Source of the DNA: Pelagibacteraceae bacterium
GTDB taxonomy: Bacteria; Pseudomonadota; Alphaproteobacteria; Pelagibacterales; Pelagibacteraceae
Assembly: GCA_008638015.1 (NCBI GenBank)
Contig: VTPD01000002.1
Coordinates: 7,724-71,723, forward strand
DNA length: 64,000 bases
Direction of reading: 5' to 3'
Shown: positions 8,894-18,671 of the stretch, one piece after another
Layout: each line of letters starts with the position of its first letter
Numbering within the stretch: the first letter of the stretch is position 1
Program-made: the position numbers and the translations under genes
The notes under the pieces: generated by a model
What the model was told of the DNA's origin: nothing
What the model saw: the letters and a program-made list of their open reading frames with translations, nothing else
Database searches by the model: none

Positions 8894-9460
8894 TTATTTT
8901 TCTGTACCAGCAATAAGTCTCTTAATGTTTTCTCTATGTGTGTAAATTGAAAAAATAAAAAAGAAAAAATTTAAATAAGTAATATTAAGATCATAAAAAA
9001 AGTATGAACAAGGAATTATAATTAAAAATGCAATTAAAGCAGATATAGAGGATATTTTAAATAATTTAGCAATTATTAACCAACTCAAACCATAAATTAC
9101 AAATAATACAGGATTTAAAATTAGTATATTTCCAATGTAAGTAGCCACACCCTTACCACCTTTAAATTTTAACCATACTGGAAACACATGACCCAAGTAA
9201 ACGATAATTGCAGATAAATACGCATATTCAGAAAAGTATAATAAACTCAAGAAAACAGCCAAAGAACCTTTGCCCACATCAAAAATTAAAGTGAGAAGTG
9301 CTAATTTTTTACTTCCAGTTCTTAAGGCGTTTGTTGCTCCTATGTTGCCTGAACCAATTTTTCTGATGTCGCCGAAACCTAATAGATGAGAAAATAAAAG
9401 ACCAAATGGAATACTGCCTAATAGGTATGAATAAATTACAACTATAAAAAAACTCATCAA
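8894..9460 (-). CDS. plsY: Glycerol-3-phosphate acyltransferase
   Basis: YLLGSIPFG, GSGNIGATNALR, FKGGKGVAT, HRENIKRL. Confidence 0.97.
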   Translation of the reverse strand: MMSFFIVVIYSYLLGSIPFGLLFSHLLGFGDIRKIGSGNIGATNALRTGSKKLALLTLIFDVGKGSLAVFLSLLYFSEYAYLSAIIVYLGHVFPVWLKFKGGKGVATYIGNILILNPVLFVIYGLSWLIIAKLFKISSISALIAFLIIIPCSYFFYDLNITYLNFFFFIFSIYTHRENIKRLIAGTEK

Positions 9461-10743
9461 TTACTAAAAACTAATCTACCATTAATAAATGTTTTTTCTA
9501 CTTTGCCCTGTAGTTTTCTATTTTCGATTGCTGTATTTTTAGATTTGGATTGGATATTTTCTTTTTTTAGTACCCAGGGTTTTTCTAAATCAAAAATTGT
9601 AATATCTGCTTCTCCACCAATTGACAATGTTCCATTTCTTATTCCTAAAATTTTAGCTGGGTTAGATGTGAGATTTTTTATTACCGTATTTAAATCACAA
9701 AGATTATTATGAACAAGTTCTAAGGCAAGGGGAAGAAGCGTCTCTATACCTGAAGCTCCTGTTGTTGCTTGCTGAAAAGTTAATCGTTTAGATTCTTCAT
9801 CTTCAGGTTTGTGATCTGATACTATTACATCAATTATTCCTTCATTCACCGCATGAATTAGTGCCAGTCTATCTTCTTCACTGCGAAGGGGAGGTGATAA
9901 TTTTAAAAAAGTTCTAAAGTCACCTATATCATTATCATTAAGAGACAGATTATTAATTGAAACACCGACAGAAAATTTCATTCCCTTTTCTTTTGCAGAT
10001 TTAATTAAATCAATAGATTTTTTTGATGATATCAGGGCAATATGATATTTTGTTTTATATTGCTCTAATAATCTTAGGTCTCTTTCTATAATAATTTGTT
10101 CTGCTATATCGGGTATTCCTTTTAAACCAAGCTTAGTAGCTAGTAGGCCATCATTCACAACTCCATTTTCTGACAAAAAGTTATCTTGCGCAAATTGAAT
10201 AATTAAAACATCTGTATTTTTTCCATAGTTAAAAATTTGATCCATCACTTTATTATTTTGAACACAACTAACACCATCAGTAAAACCCCATGCCCCTCGT
10301 AATTTTAAAAGACCGAATTCAGTCATATCATTACCTTCGGCATTTTTAGTTAGTGTAGCCAAAGGAAATACTTTAATGATTGATTTATCTCTTGATCTTC
10401 TTTTCACGAAATCAAGTGTTGATACATTATCAATAACTGGAACTGTATTTGGCATGGTAGCAACTGCAGTAACACCTCCAGATATTGCTGCTTGACTTAA
10501 GGTTCTAAAATTTTCTTTATATTCAAATCCAGGCTCCCCAACAAAGACGCGCATATCAATAATACCAGGTATGGTAATTTTGTTCTTACAATCATAAATT
10601 TCTGCGTCGGAGATATTTTCTTTTGTAACTGTTGTTCCTAACGCTTCAATTCTTCCTTTTTCATTAATTAAAATTCCTCCAATTTCATCAATATTATTTG
10701 CTGGGTCTATAATTCTTGTATTGAGGATACACTGTTTTTTCAT
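9457..10743 (-). CDS. pyrC: Dihydroorotase (or PyrC'-like partner of PyrB)
   Basis: [30 protein letters not shown]; adjacent to pyrB. The DMRV in place of DxHxH suggests a possibly inactive PyrC'. Confidence 0.85.
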   Translation of the reverse strand: MKKQCILNTRIIDPANNIDEIGGILINEKGRIEALGTTVTKENISDAEIYDCKNKITIPGIIDMRVFVGEPGFEYKENFRTLSQAAISGGVTAVATMPNTVPVIDNVSTLDFVKRRSRDKSIIKVFPLATLTKNAEGNDMTEFGLLKLRGAWGFTDGVSCVQNNKVMDQIFNYGKNTDVLIIQFAQDNFLSENGVVNDGLLATKLGLKGIPDIAEQIIIERDLRLLEQYKTKYHIALISSKKSIDLIKSAKEKGMKFSVGVSINNLSLNDNDIGDFRTFLKLSPPLRSEEDRLALIHAVNEGIIDVIVSDHKPEDEESKRLTFQQATTGASGIETLLPLALELVHNNLCDLNTVIKNLTSNPAKILGIRNGTLSIGGEADITIFDLEKPWVLKKENIQSKSKNTAIENRKLQGKVEKTFINGRLVFSN

Positions 10744-11690
10744 TTATTATTTTCCATTAAAATTTTTAGCACTGCCATTCTCACTGCAACACCCATCTCA
10801 ACTTGTTGTACAATAATACTGCGATTAATGTCGTCAGCTAAATTAGTATCAATTTCTATTCCACGGTTCATTGGGCCTGGATGCATAATTAATGCATCTG
10901 GTTTAGCATTTTTTATTTTTTTATAATCAAGTGCAAAAAATTCATAATATTCTCTTGTGGATGGTACGTAAGATCCATCCATTCGTTCTGTTTGCATTCT
11001 TAGCATCATAATAATATCAGAACCTTCCAGGCCTTTTTCCATATTAGTAAATGCTTTCACTCCAAAAGCCTCTATGTGTTTTGGCATAAGAGTAGAAGGT
11101 CCAATTACCCTCACTTCTGCACCAAGCATATTTAATAAGTAAATATTAGATCTTGCTACTCTTGAATGCATAATATCTCCACAGATAGCCACTCTTAACC
11201 CTTCAATCTTTCCTTTTTTCATTTTTATTGTCATTGCATCTAACAATGCTTGGGTAGGATGCTCTCTTCTTCCATCTCCAGCATTAATGACAGAGCAGTT
11301 AACTTTTTGTGATAATAAATTAGCAGCACCAGAATCCTGATGTCTTATTACTAAAATATCTGGATGCATTGCATTTAAAGTCATTGCAGTATCTATAAGT
11401 GTTTCACCCTTTTTGATGGATGAATTCACAACGTTCATATTCATTACATCTGCACCAAGTCTTTTACCTGCAAGCTCAAAAGAACTTAAAGTTCTAGTTG
11501 AGTTTTCAAAAAATAAATTGATTTGTGTTTTTCCATTAAGAATTTTTAATTTTTTATTTTCCTGACGATTAAGCTCTACAAATGCCAATGACTCATCCAG
11601 AATAAGATTTACCTCTGGAATAGATAAATATTGAATACCTAAAAGATGTTTGTGATTAAATTTAATAGCTTGATTTTGGTTTGATGCCAT
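10740..11690 (-). CDS. pyrB: Aspartate carbamoyltransferase catalytic subunit
   Basis: [24 protein letters not shown]. Confidence 0.98.
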   Translation of the reverse strand: MASNQNQAIKFNHKHLLGIQYLSIPEVNLILDESLAFVELNRQENKKLKILNGKTQINLFFENSTRTLSSFELAGKRLGADVMNMNVVNSSIKKGETLIDTAMTLNAMHPDILVIRHQDSGAANLLSQKVNCSVINAGDGRREHPTQALLDAMTIKMKKGKIEGLRVAICGDIMHSRVARSNIYLLNMLGAEVRVIGPSTLMPKHIEAFGVKAFTNMEKGLEGSDIIMMLRMQTERMDGSYVPSTREYYEFFALDYKKIKNAKPDALIMHPGPMNRGIEIDTNLADDINRSIIVQQVEMGVAVRMAVLKILMENNK

Positions 11691-11730
11691 TAAAACCAGG
11701 TCTATAGGCTGATTTTGATATCAAAGCAAG

Positions 11731-12201
11731 TTATTTGTTTAAATAGTCAATAAAACCTTGCAAAATAAAAGCTGCTGAATTTTCATCCAATCTCTCTTTT
11801 TTAGATGAGCTATTAATGTTTAATTTCTCCATGCTTTTAAATGCACCTTCGCTAGATAATCTTTCATCCCACAAAGTGACAGGTAAAGAAATAAATTTTA
11901 ATATATTTTTAACAAAGTCCTTCGTTGATTGAGACCTTCGACCTTCAGAACCATCCATGTTTATTGGGTGACCAACAACTATACCTTTAATTTCATTTTC
12001 TAAAATTATTTTATTTAATTTTTCAATGACATTTTTAAGCTTGTCCACTTTGATAGTTTCATAAGGTGTAGCTATAATGTGCGAGCTATCACAAATGGCC
12101 ACTCCAATATTTTTTTTACCAGGATCAATTCCTATCAAACGCGAGCTTTTACCAACTTCTTGGGCAAATTCAGAATTCTCTAAAAGGTTGTAAGTTTTCA
12201 T
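11731..12201 (-). CDS. ruvX: Pre-16S rRNA nuclease YqgF/RuvX
   Basis: IGIDPGKKNIGVA, LWDERLSS, AAFILQG. Confidence 0.93.
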   Translation of the reverse strand: MKTYNLLENSEFAQEVGKSSRLIGIDPGKKNIGVAICDSSHIIATPYETIKVDKLKNVIEKLNKIILENEIKGIVVGHPINMDGSEGRRSQSTKDFVKNILKFISLPVTLWDERLSSEGAFKSMEKLNINSSSKKERLDENSAAFILQGFIDYLNK

Positions 12202-12238
12202 TAAAGTGTTAATTTACCGTAATTTTTCACTAAGTCTA

Positions 12239-12526
12239 ATGTCAATTAATAAAGAAACAGTAAAGAAAATTTCAAAGTTATCAAGAATTGCTTCAAATGA
12301 ACAATTTGAAGACTCTATGATTAAAGATCTTAATTCTATTTTGACATTTGTTGAACAGTTAAATGAATTAAACATTAAAAATATTGAACCTTTATCCTCT
12401 GTCGTAGAGCAAAAATTATTTCAGCGAGAAGATGTTGTTAAAATAATGAATGAAAAGGAAGATGTATTAAAAAACTCACCACATAAAAATGAGAATTATT
12501 TTGTAGTTCCAAAAGTGATCGAATAA
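12239..12526 (+). CDS. gatC: Glu/Asp-tRNA amidotransferase subunit C
   Basis: KISKLSRI...REDVV...YFVVPKVIE; start revised to ATG 12239. Confidence 0.95.
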   Translation: MSINKETVKKISKLSRIASNEQFEDSMIKDLNSILTFVEQLNELNIKNIEPLSSVVEQKLFQREDVVKIMNEKEDVLKNSPHKNENYFVVPKVIE

Positions 12527-12530
12527 TTGA

Positions 12531-13994
12531 ATGACTACAATTGCAAAATATACTTTAGTTGAACTAGTTAACAAAATTAAGTCCAAAGAAATTTCAGCTG
12601 TTGACGCTACAAATGCCTATGTTGAAAGAATTCAAAAATCAAAAAAATTAAATGCATTTGTGACTGAAACTTTAGAAAGTGCTTTAGAGCAAGCAAAAAA
12701 GGCTGATGAAATTAATCAAAAAGATGGAGCTTTATCTTGTGCGCCGATTGCGGTTAAGGATTTATTTTGTACTAAAAATGTTCAAACTACTGCATCAAGT
12801 AAAATTTTAAAAAATTTTATTCCTACTTATGAGTCTACCGTCACTTCTAAACTTTGGGACCAGGGTGCGTTTCTTTTAGGAAAATTAAATTGTGATGAAT
12901 TTGCCATGGGATCTTCCAACGAAACAAGCGCTTATGGTAATGTTATTAATCCCTACAAAAATAATAATGACGATTTAGTTCCCGGAGGTTCATCTGGAGG
13001 TTGCTCTTCAGCTGTAGCTGCTGATTTAACATCTGCTACCGTTGGAACAGACACAGGTGGATCTATTAGACAACCAGCTGCTTTTACTGGGATAGTTGGA
13101 TTAAAGCCTACTTATGGCAGGTGTTCAAGGTGGGGAATTGTTGCTTTTGCATCCTCATTAGATCAGGCAGGACCCATGACTAAAGATGTTGCTGATAGTG
13201 CATTAATGCTTGATGTAATTTCAGGTCATGATGAAAAAGACTCAACTTCAGCAAATGTTAAGAAAGGAGAATTCTTAAAAAATTTAAATAAAGATATTAA
13301 AGGCTTAAAGGTAGGAATTCCAAAGGAATACATCGTAGACAATATGCCAAAAGCAATACAATCTTTATGGGATAAGGGAATAGAGTTAATGAAAGACTCT
13401 GGCGCTATTATTAAAAATATTTCATTACCACACACAAAGTACGCTCTGCCGACGTATTACATAGTTGCTCCAGCTGAAGCCTCTTCTAATTTAGCTCGTT
13501 ATGACGGTGTAAAATATGGTTTTAGAGCTCCAGGAAAAGATTTAATAGAAATGTATGAAAATACTAGAGCTCAGGGGTTTGGCAATGAGGTTAAACGAAG
13601 AATTATGATTGGAACTTATGTTTTGTCTTCCGGTTACTATGATGCTTATTATTTAAAAGCTCAACAAGTTAGAAGATTAATTAAAAATGATTTTGATAGT
13701 GTTTTTAATGAAGTGGATACAATTTTAACACCTACTGCACCATCTTCTGCTTTTAAAATTGGAGACAAAACTGAAGATCCAATTTCTATGTATCTGAACG
13801 ATGTTTTTACCGTCCCTGTAAATTTAGCAGGATTGCCTGCAATTTCTTTACCAGGAGGATTAGATGAAACTGGTTTGCCTTTAGGATTGCAGTTAATTGG
13901 AAAATCTTTTGATGAACAAACTGTTTTAAATGCTGCGTATGCATTGGAGGAAAAAATTGGATTTCAATCACAAGTAAAAGATTGGTGGATGTAA
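12531..13994 (+). CDS. gatA: Glu/Asp-tRNA amidotransferase subunit A
   Basis: [40 protein letters not shown]. Confidence 0.98.
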   Translation: MTTIAKYTLVELVNKIKSKEISAVDATNAYVERIQKSKKLNAFVTETLESALEQAKKADEINQKDGALSCAPIAVKDLFCTKNVQTTASSKILKNFIPTYESTVTSKLWDQGAFLLGKLNCDEFAMGSSNETSAYGNVINPYKNNNDDLVPGGSSGGCSSAVAADLTSATVGTDTGGSIRQPAAFTGIVGLKPTYGRCSRWGIVAFASSLDQAGPMTKDVADSALMLDVISGHDEKDSTSANVKKGEFLKNLNKDIKGLKVGIPKEYIVDNMPKAIQSLWDKGIELMKDSGAIIKNISLPHTKYALPTYYIVAPAEASSNLARYDGVKYGFRAPGKDLIEMYENTRAQGFGNEVKRRIMIGTYVLSSGYYDAYYLKAQQVRRLIKNDFDSVFNEVDTILTPTAPSSAFKIGDKTEDPISMYLNDVFTVPVNLAGLPAISLPGGLDETGLPLGLQLIGKSFDEQTVLNAAYALEEKIGFQSQVKDWWM

Positions 13995-15461
13995 ATGACT
14001 GAAAAAGAATTTGATTATTATTTAGAGGGACAAACTGGAAAATGGGAGGTTATCATCGGCTTAGAAGTGCATGCACAAGTTACATCCAATGCTAAATTAT
14101 TCTCATCCTCATCAACTAAATTTGGTTCTGATCCTAACTCACAAGTTAGTTTAGTTGATGCTGCAATGCCAGGTATGCTTCCTGTGATCAATAAGTATTG
14201 CGTAGAGCAAGCAATCAAAACAGGACTTGGACTAAAAGCAAAGATTAATAATTTTTCAAAATTTGATAGAAAAAATTATTTTTATGCAGATTTGCCTCAA
14301 GGATATCAAATATCTCAATTTAAGTTCCCTATAGTTGGAGAAGGAAAAGTTATTTTAGATATGCCTTATGGTACTAAAGAAGTTGGTATTGAAAGATTAC
14401 ACTTAGAGCAAGATGCCGGAAAAAGTTTACATGATCAAGATCCCCAAAATTCTTTTGTCGATTTAAATAGATCTGGAGTAGCTTTAATGGAAATTGTTGG
14501 TAAGCCTGACCTGAGATCTCCTGAAGAAGTCGGTCAGTACGTAAAAAAATTACGCTCTATTATGCGTTATTTGAATACTTGTGATGGTAACATGGATGAA
14601 GGTTCTTTGAGAGCTGATGTCAACGTATCTGTTAGAAAAGTAGGGTCTACTGAACTTGGTACAAGATGCGAAATTAAAAATGTTAACTCAATAAAATTTA
14701 TGCAGCAAGCCATTGAATATGAAGCAAAACGTCAAATTGAGATAATTGAACAGGGTGGCGCTATTAATCAAGAAACAAGATTGTTTGATACAAAAAAAAT
14801 GGAAACTAGATCGATGAGAAGCAAAGAGGATGCGCATGATTATCGATATTTTCCCGATCCTGATTTATTACCATTAGAATTAGATCAAGATTATGTAGAT
14901 ACTATCAAGAAATCATTACCCGAGCTTCCAGATGAAAAGAAATCAAGATTAATGAATGATTTTGGCCTTTCCAGTTATGACGCAAGTATAATTATATCAG
15001 ATCAAGAAATCTCAACCTATTATGAAGAGGTTGCTAAAAACTCTGATTATAAACTCGCTGCAAATTGGATGATCGTTGAGCTCTTTGGTATCTTAAATAA
15101 AGAAAATAAAGAAATTAAAGATTCACCAGTATCAGCAAAAAATTTATCAAAATTAATTAATCTTATTAAAGATAATACAATATCAGGAAAAATTGCAAAA
15201 ACAGTTTTTGAAGATATGATAAAAGGTGACCAAGATCCTGAGGTAATAATAAATAAAAAAGGTCTAAAGCAACAATCGGATCCTAAAGAATTAGAAAAAA
15301 TAATAGATAAAATTGTACAATCTAATTTAGATAAGGTTGAACAATATAAGTCAGGAAAAGATAAATTGTTTGGTTTTTTTGTTGGTCAAGCAATGAAAGA
15401 AACACAAGGTAAAGGAAATCCAAAATTAATAAACGATATTTTAAAAGAAAAATTAAAATAA
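13995..15461 (+). CDS. gatB: Glu/Asp-tRNA amidotransferase subunit B
   Basis: [43 protein letters not shown]. Confidence 0.98.
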   Translation: MTEKEFDYYLEGQTGKWEVIIGLEVHAQVTSNAKLFSSSSTKFGSDPNSQVSLVDAAMPGMLPVINKYCVEQAIKTGLGLKAKINNFSKFDRKNYFYADLPQGYQISQFKFPIVGEGKVILDMPYGTKEVGIERLHLEQDAGKSLHDQDPQNSFVDLNRSGVALMEIVGKPDLRSPEEVGQYVKKLRSIMRYLNTCDGNMDEGSLRADVNVSVRKVGSTELGTRCEIKNVNSIKFMQQAIEYEAKRQIEIIEQGGAINQETRLFDTKKMETRSMRSKEDAHDYRYFPDPDLLPLELDQDYVDTIKKSLPELPDEKKSRLMNDFGLSSYDASIIISDQEISTYYEEVAKNSDYKLAANWMIVELFGILNKENKEIKDSPVSAKNLSKLINLIKDNTISGKIAKTVFEDMIKGDQDPEVIINKKGLKQQSDPKELEKIIDKIVQSNLDKVEQYKSGKDKLFGFFVGQAMKETQGKGNPKLINDILKEKLK

Positions 15462-15464
15462 ATT

Positions 15465-16133
15465 GTGTTAAAAAATATCAGTTTTACACCAGAACTAGAA
15501 AAATATTTAAATCAAAACTCTATTGAAAATTTAGTTTTACAAGAACTAAGAGATTTTTCCTTTAAAGAATTGGGCGATGTTGCAAATATGCAAGTAAGTC
15601 CTGAGCAGGCATCTTTTCTGCATATGCTTATAAAAATTGGAAATTACAGTCAAATTTTAGAAGTGGGAACATTTATGGGGTATAGCACTTTAGCGATGGC
15701 CCTCGCATTAAATGATAATGGAAAAATTATTACAGTAGATCATGATCTCAAAACTACAAAGCATGCTACAAAATTTTGGAAACAAGCAAATGTCTTGGAT
15801 AAAATTACTTTAATAAATGAAGATGGTTCAAAATCTTTACAACAATTTAAAGAAGAAAAATTTATATTTGATTTTATTTTTATAGATGCGGATAAATCAG
15901 GATATAAAAATTACTTAGAATTATGTCTTAATTTAATATCTGATAATGGATTGATTGTGTTTGACAATGTTTTGTGGAAAGGAAAAGTTACTGATCCATC
16001 TATTAATGACAAGAAAACCAACACTATTAGGGAGTTTAATGATTTTATTAAAAATGATAATAGAGTGGATACAACAATGATTTCCATAGGCGATGGAATG
16101 ACATTATGCCAGAAGAAGAAAATTTTGAGATAA
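15465..16133 (+). CDS. SAM-dependent O-methyltransferase (COG4122, CCoAOMT/TrmR-like)
   Basis: MQVSPEQ, LEVGTFMGYS, DFIFIDADK, DNVLWKG, GDGMTL; GTG start. Confidence 0.9.
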   Translation: MLKNISFTPELEKYLNQNSIENLVLQELRDFSFKELGDVANMQVSPEQASFLHMLIKIGNYSQILEVGTFMGYSTLAMALALNDNGKIITVDHDLKTTKHATKFWKQANVLDKITLINEDGSKSLQQFKEEKFIFDFIFIDADKSGYKNYLELCLNLISDNGLIVFDNVLWKGKVTDPSINDKKTNTIREFNDFIKNDNRVDTTMISIGDGMTLCQKKKILR

Positions 16134-17008
16134 TTAGCTTTTATAAATTTGCTCATTTAAATAATCTTGAAAAGTTTCAATTAACTATAAAAAAATATTT
16201 GATTGATAACCATTTAAAAGGAACAATTATTATATCGCCCGAAGGTGTTAACGGTACAATTTCAGGCAAATTTGGTTTTATAAATGAATTTAATAATTTT
16301 ATTTATAACATTTTTTCTTTTGATAATTTTGATGTTAGTAACGTGTCCAAAACTAATTCAATTCCTTTTGAAAGACCTAAGGTTAAAATTAAAAAGGAAG
16401 TTGTTCCAATAGAAAAAAAAGTAATAAGTAGAGAAGGTAAGCACATATTGCCTAAAGATTGGAATGATTTTATTCAAAAAGACGATGTTACAGTCATTGA
16501 CATCAGAAAATCTTTTGAAAACAAAATTGGAAGTTTTCAAGGTGCAATTAATCCAAATGTAAATAGTTTTAGAGAATTTAAAGGTTATTTTGATGAGCTT
16601 GTTAAAAAAAATAATAAAAAATTAGCTATTTTTTGCACAGGTGGAATTCGTTGCGAGAAAGCTTCTGAATATTTGAAAGAAAAAGGTGTTGAGGAAGTCT
16701 ATCAATTGCAGGGGGGTATTTTAAATTATATCAATACTATTCCTGAGGAAGAAAGTTTATGGATGGGTGAATGTTACGTTTTTGATAAAAGAGTTGCCGT
16801 CAAACATAATTCCAACCCAGGAAGCTACACTATGTGTTATGGCTGTCGTATGCCAATCAATGATAAAGACAAACAATCAGAAAAATTTATTGAAGGTATT
16901 GCTTGCCCTTACTGTTATGATAAATCTAGCGATGAGCAAAAAAAAAGATTTGCTATGAGACAATTTAATAAAACAAAAAATAAGGAACACTGTAAAAATG
17001 ATAAATAA
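16106..17008 (+). CDS. trhO: Rhodanese-domain tRNA uridine(34) hydroxylase (TrhO/YceA)
   Basis: SFYKF, GTIIISPEGVNGT, KVKIKKEVV, FCTGGIRCEKAS, LQGGILNY, CYVFDKRVAV, C-terminal CxxC pairs. Confidence 0.92.
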   Translation: MPEEENFEIISFYKFAHLNNLEKFQLTIKKYLIDNHLKGTIIISPEGVNGTISGKFGFINEFNNFIYNIFSFDNFDVSNVSKTNSIPFERPKVKIKKEVVPIEKKVISREGKHILPKDWNDFIQKDDVTVIDIRKSFENKIGSFQGAINPNVNSFREFKGYFDELVKKNNKKLAIFCTGGIRCEKASEYLKEKGVEEVYQLQGGILNYINTIPEEESLWMGECYVFDKRVAVKHNSNPGSYTMCYGCRMPINDKDKQSEKFIEGIACPYCYDKSSDEQKKRFAMRQFNKTKNKEHCKNDK

Positions 17009-17480
17009 TATACCTGATGTTAACTTTGTAGTCAGAGTTGATGGAAAATTTGAAACTAAAAAAAGCGATTTTTATTTTGCAAATAAAAAAATTGTCTTAT
17101 TCGCTTTGCCAGGTGCATTTACACCGACCTGCACAAGTTACCATTTACCAAGTTACGAGGATAAATATGATGAATTTAAAAAAATTGGTATTGATGAAAT
17201 TTATTGTTTATCTATGAATGATCCTTTTGTGATTGAGTTTTGGAAAAAGGATCAAAAAATTTCAAAAGTTAAGTTTATTCCAGATGGAAATGGAGATTTT
17301 ACAAAAGCTATGAATATGATTTCAGATCGTTCCGCTTCAGGTATGGGTCCAAGATCTTTTCGCTATTCCATGTACATTGATAACAAAAAAATTGTTAAAA
17401 TTTTTAAGGATGAAGATGGAAAGTTTGATGTGAGTGATTCAGGAACTATGTTGAATTTCTTACAATCGATGAATGGCTAA
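16998..17480 (+). CDS. Peroxiredoxin, Prx5/type II family
   Basis: LFALPGAFTPTCTSYHLP, SMNDPFV, DGNGDFT, RSFRYSM. Confidence 0.95.
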   Translation: MINNIPDVNFVVRVDGKFETKKSDFYFANKKIVLFALPGAFTPTCTSYHLPSYEDKYDEFKKIGIDEIYCLSMNDPFVIEFWKKDQKISKVKFIPDGNGDFTKAMNMISDRSASGMGPRSFRYSMYIDNKKIVKIFKDEDGKFDVSDSGTMLNFLQSMNG

Positions 17481-17769
17481 AAAATCAAACAGACCAATTA
17501 CCAAGTCTGCTAATCCAGAACCAAAAGACAAATCAAGTAATGATTGGATTATTTGGGCTGCTTGGGCTGATCGTATTACTTTTGAGGATATAAAAAAAAA
17601 TTCTAATAAAACAGAGTCTGAAGTCATTAAGATAATGAGATCTACCCTCAAGCCAGGCTCCTTTAAACTCTGGAGACAAAGAGTTCGTGAGAAATCGATA
17701 AAAAATCGTAAGAAATTTGAATATTCAAGAAAAATATTAAAAGATAAAAGTTATAAAAAAGAATTTTAA
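17473..17769 (+). CDS. TIGR03643-like small basic protein, unknown function
   Basis: IIWAAWADRITFEDI...VIKIMRSTLKPGSFKLWRQRV pattern recognised from memory. Confidence 0.7.
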   Translation: MAKKSNRPITKSANPEPKDKSSNDWIIWAAWADRITFEDIKKNSNKTESEVIKIMRSTLKPGSFKLWRQRVREKSIKNRKKFEYSRKILKDKSYKKEF

Positions 17770-17838
17770 AATATTTTTTAATTAAGCGTTTTTTTGCAAC
17801 AATTTGAAATATAAGATATATCAATTTGAAATTAAATT

Positions 17839-17930
17839 GGTCAGGTGGGTGAGAGGCTGAAACCAGTCGTTTGCTAAATGACCTTACGAGTAACATCGTA
17901 ACGAGGGTTCGAATCCCTCCCTGACCGCCA
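17839..17930 (+). tRNA. tRNA-Ser (GCT)
   Basis: Acceptor GGTCAGG/CCTGACC, anticodon arm GTCGT-TTGCTAA-ATGAC, long variable arm, GGTTCGAATCC, encoded CCA. Confidence 0.97.
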
Positions 17931-17935
17931 TAATT

Positions 17936-18670
17936 ATGTTAAAAAAAACCTTTTCATTGGGAGAAGTTCTCTCTTCTTCTTTTCAGTTTGTCTTTTCCAA
18001 TTTTAGCAAAAGATTGAAAGATGGTTTTGTAATTGTATTCATTGTTACAGTTGCGTTTAATTTATTAAATTTTTTAATTAGCAAATCTATTGCAACAAAT
18101 TTTACTATCGTTTTATTTATTTTGTTCTCAATGTTTTTAACAAGTTCTATTGGAATTTCTGTACATAGAGAAATTTTAGTTAAAATTAAACAACCTTATT
18201 TATCTGAACTGTTAACAGCAAATTGTTTTAAATACTTTTTAACTATATTAACTTTGACGATAATTGCAGTTTCTCCCCTGATTATACATTATCTATTTAA
18301 GAGCAGTGGGAATTTAAAAATATTAAATTTAGATATATCTTATCTATTCTTTCTTTGGATATTTTCAGTCATTATCTCACTGAAATTTATTTTTAATTTA
18401 CCAAAAATTGCATTAAATAAAAAAACTCAATTTTCAATTACATCTATGAATGAATGTGGAAATAAATTATTTGTTCTTTTTATTGTTATTACTCTAATTT
18501 TTTTCATACCTTCCTTTATTATTTTATCAGTGCAAATCACATTGTTAACAAACAATCAGGAGATCTATGCAATCGCGAAACCTTTATTTGATCTACTATC
18601 TTTTTATATATCTTATATTAATTATTTGGTTTTATTTGCAGCAATTTCTTTTGCTTATCAAAAAAATTAA
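17936..18670 (+). CDS. Hypothetical integral membrane protein (~6 TM)
   Basis: 244-aa ORF of alternating hydrophobic segments; no motif recognised. Confidence 0.7.
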   Translation: MLKKTFSLGEVLSSSFQFVFSNFSKRLKDGFVIVFIVTVAFNLLNFLISKSIATNFTIVLFILFSMFLTSSIGISVHREILVKIKQPYLSELLTANCFKYFLTILTLTIIAVSPLIIHYLFKSSGNLKILNLDISYLFFLWIFSVIISLKFIFNLPKIALNKKTQFSITSMNECGNKLFVLFIVITLIFFIPSFIILSVQITLLTNNQEIYAIAKPLFDLLSFYISYINYLVLFAAISFAYQKN

Positions 18671-18671
18671 T

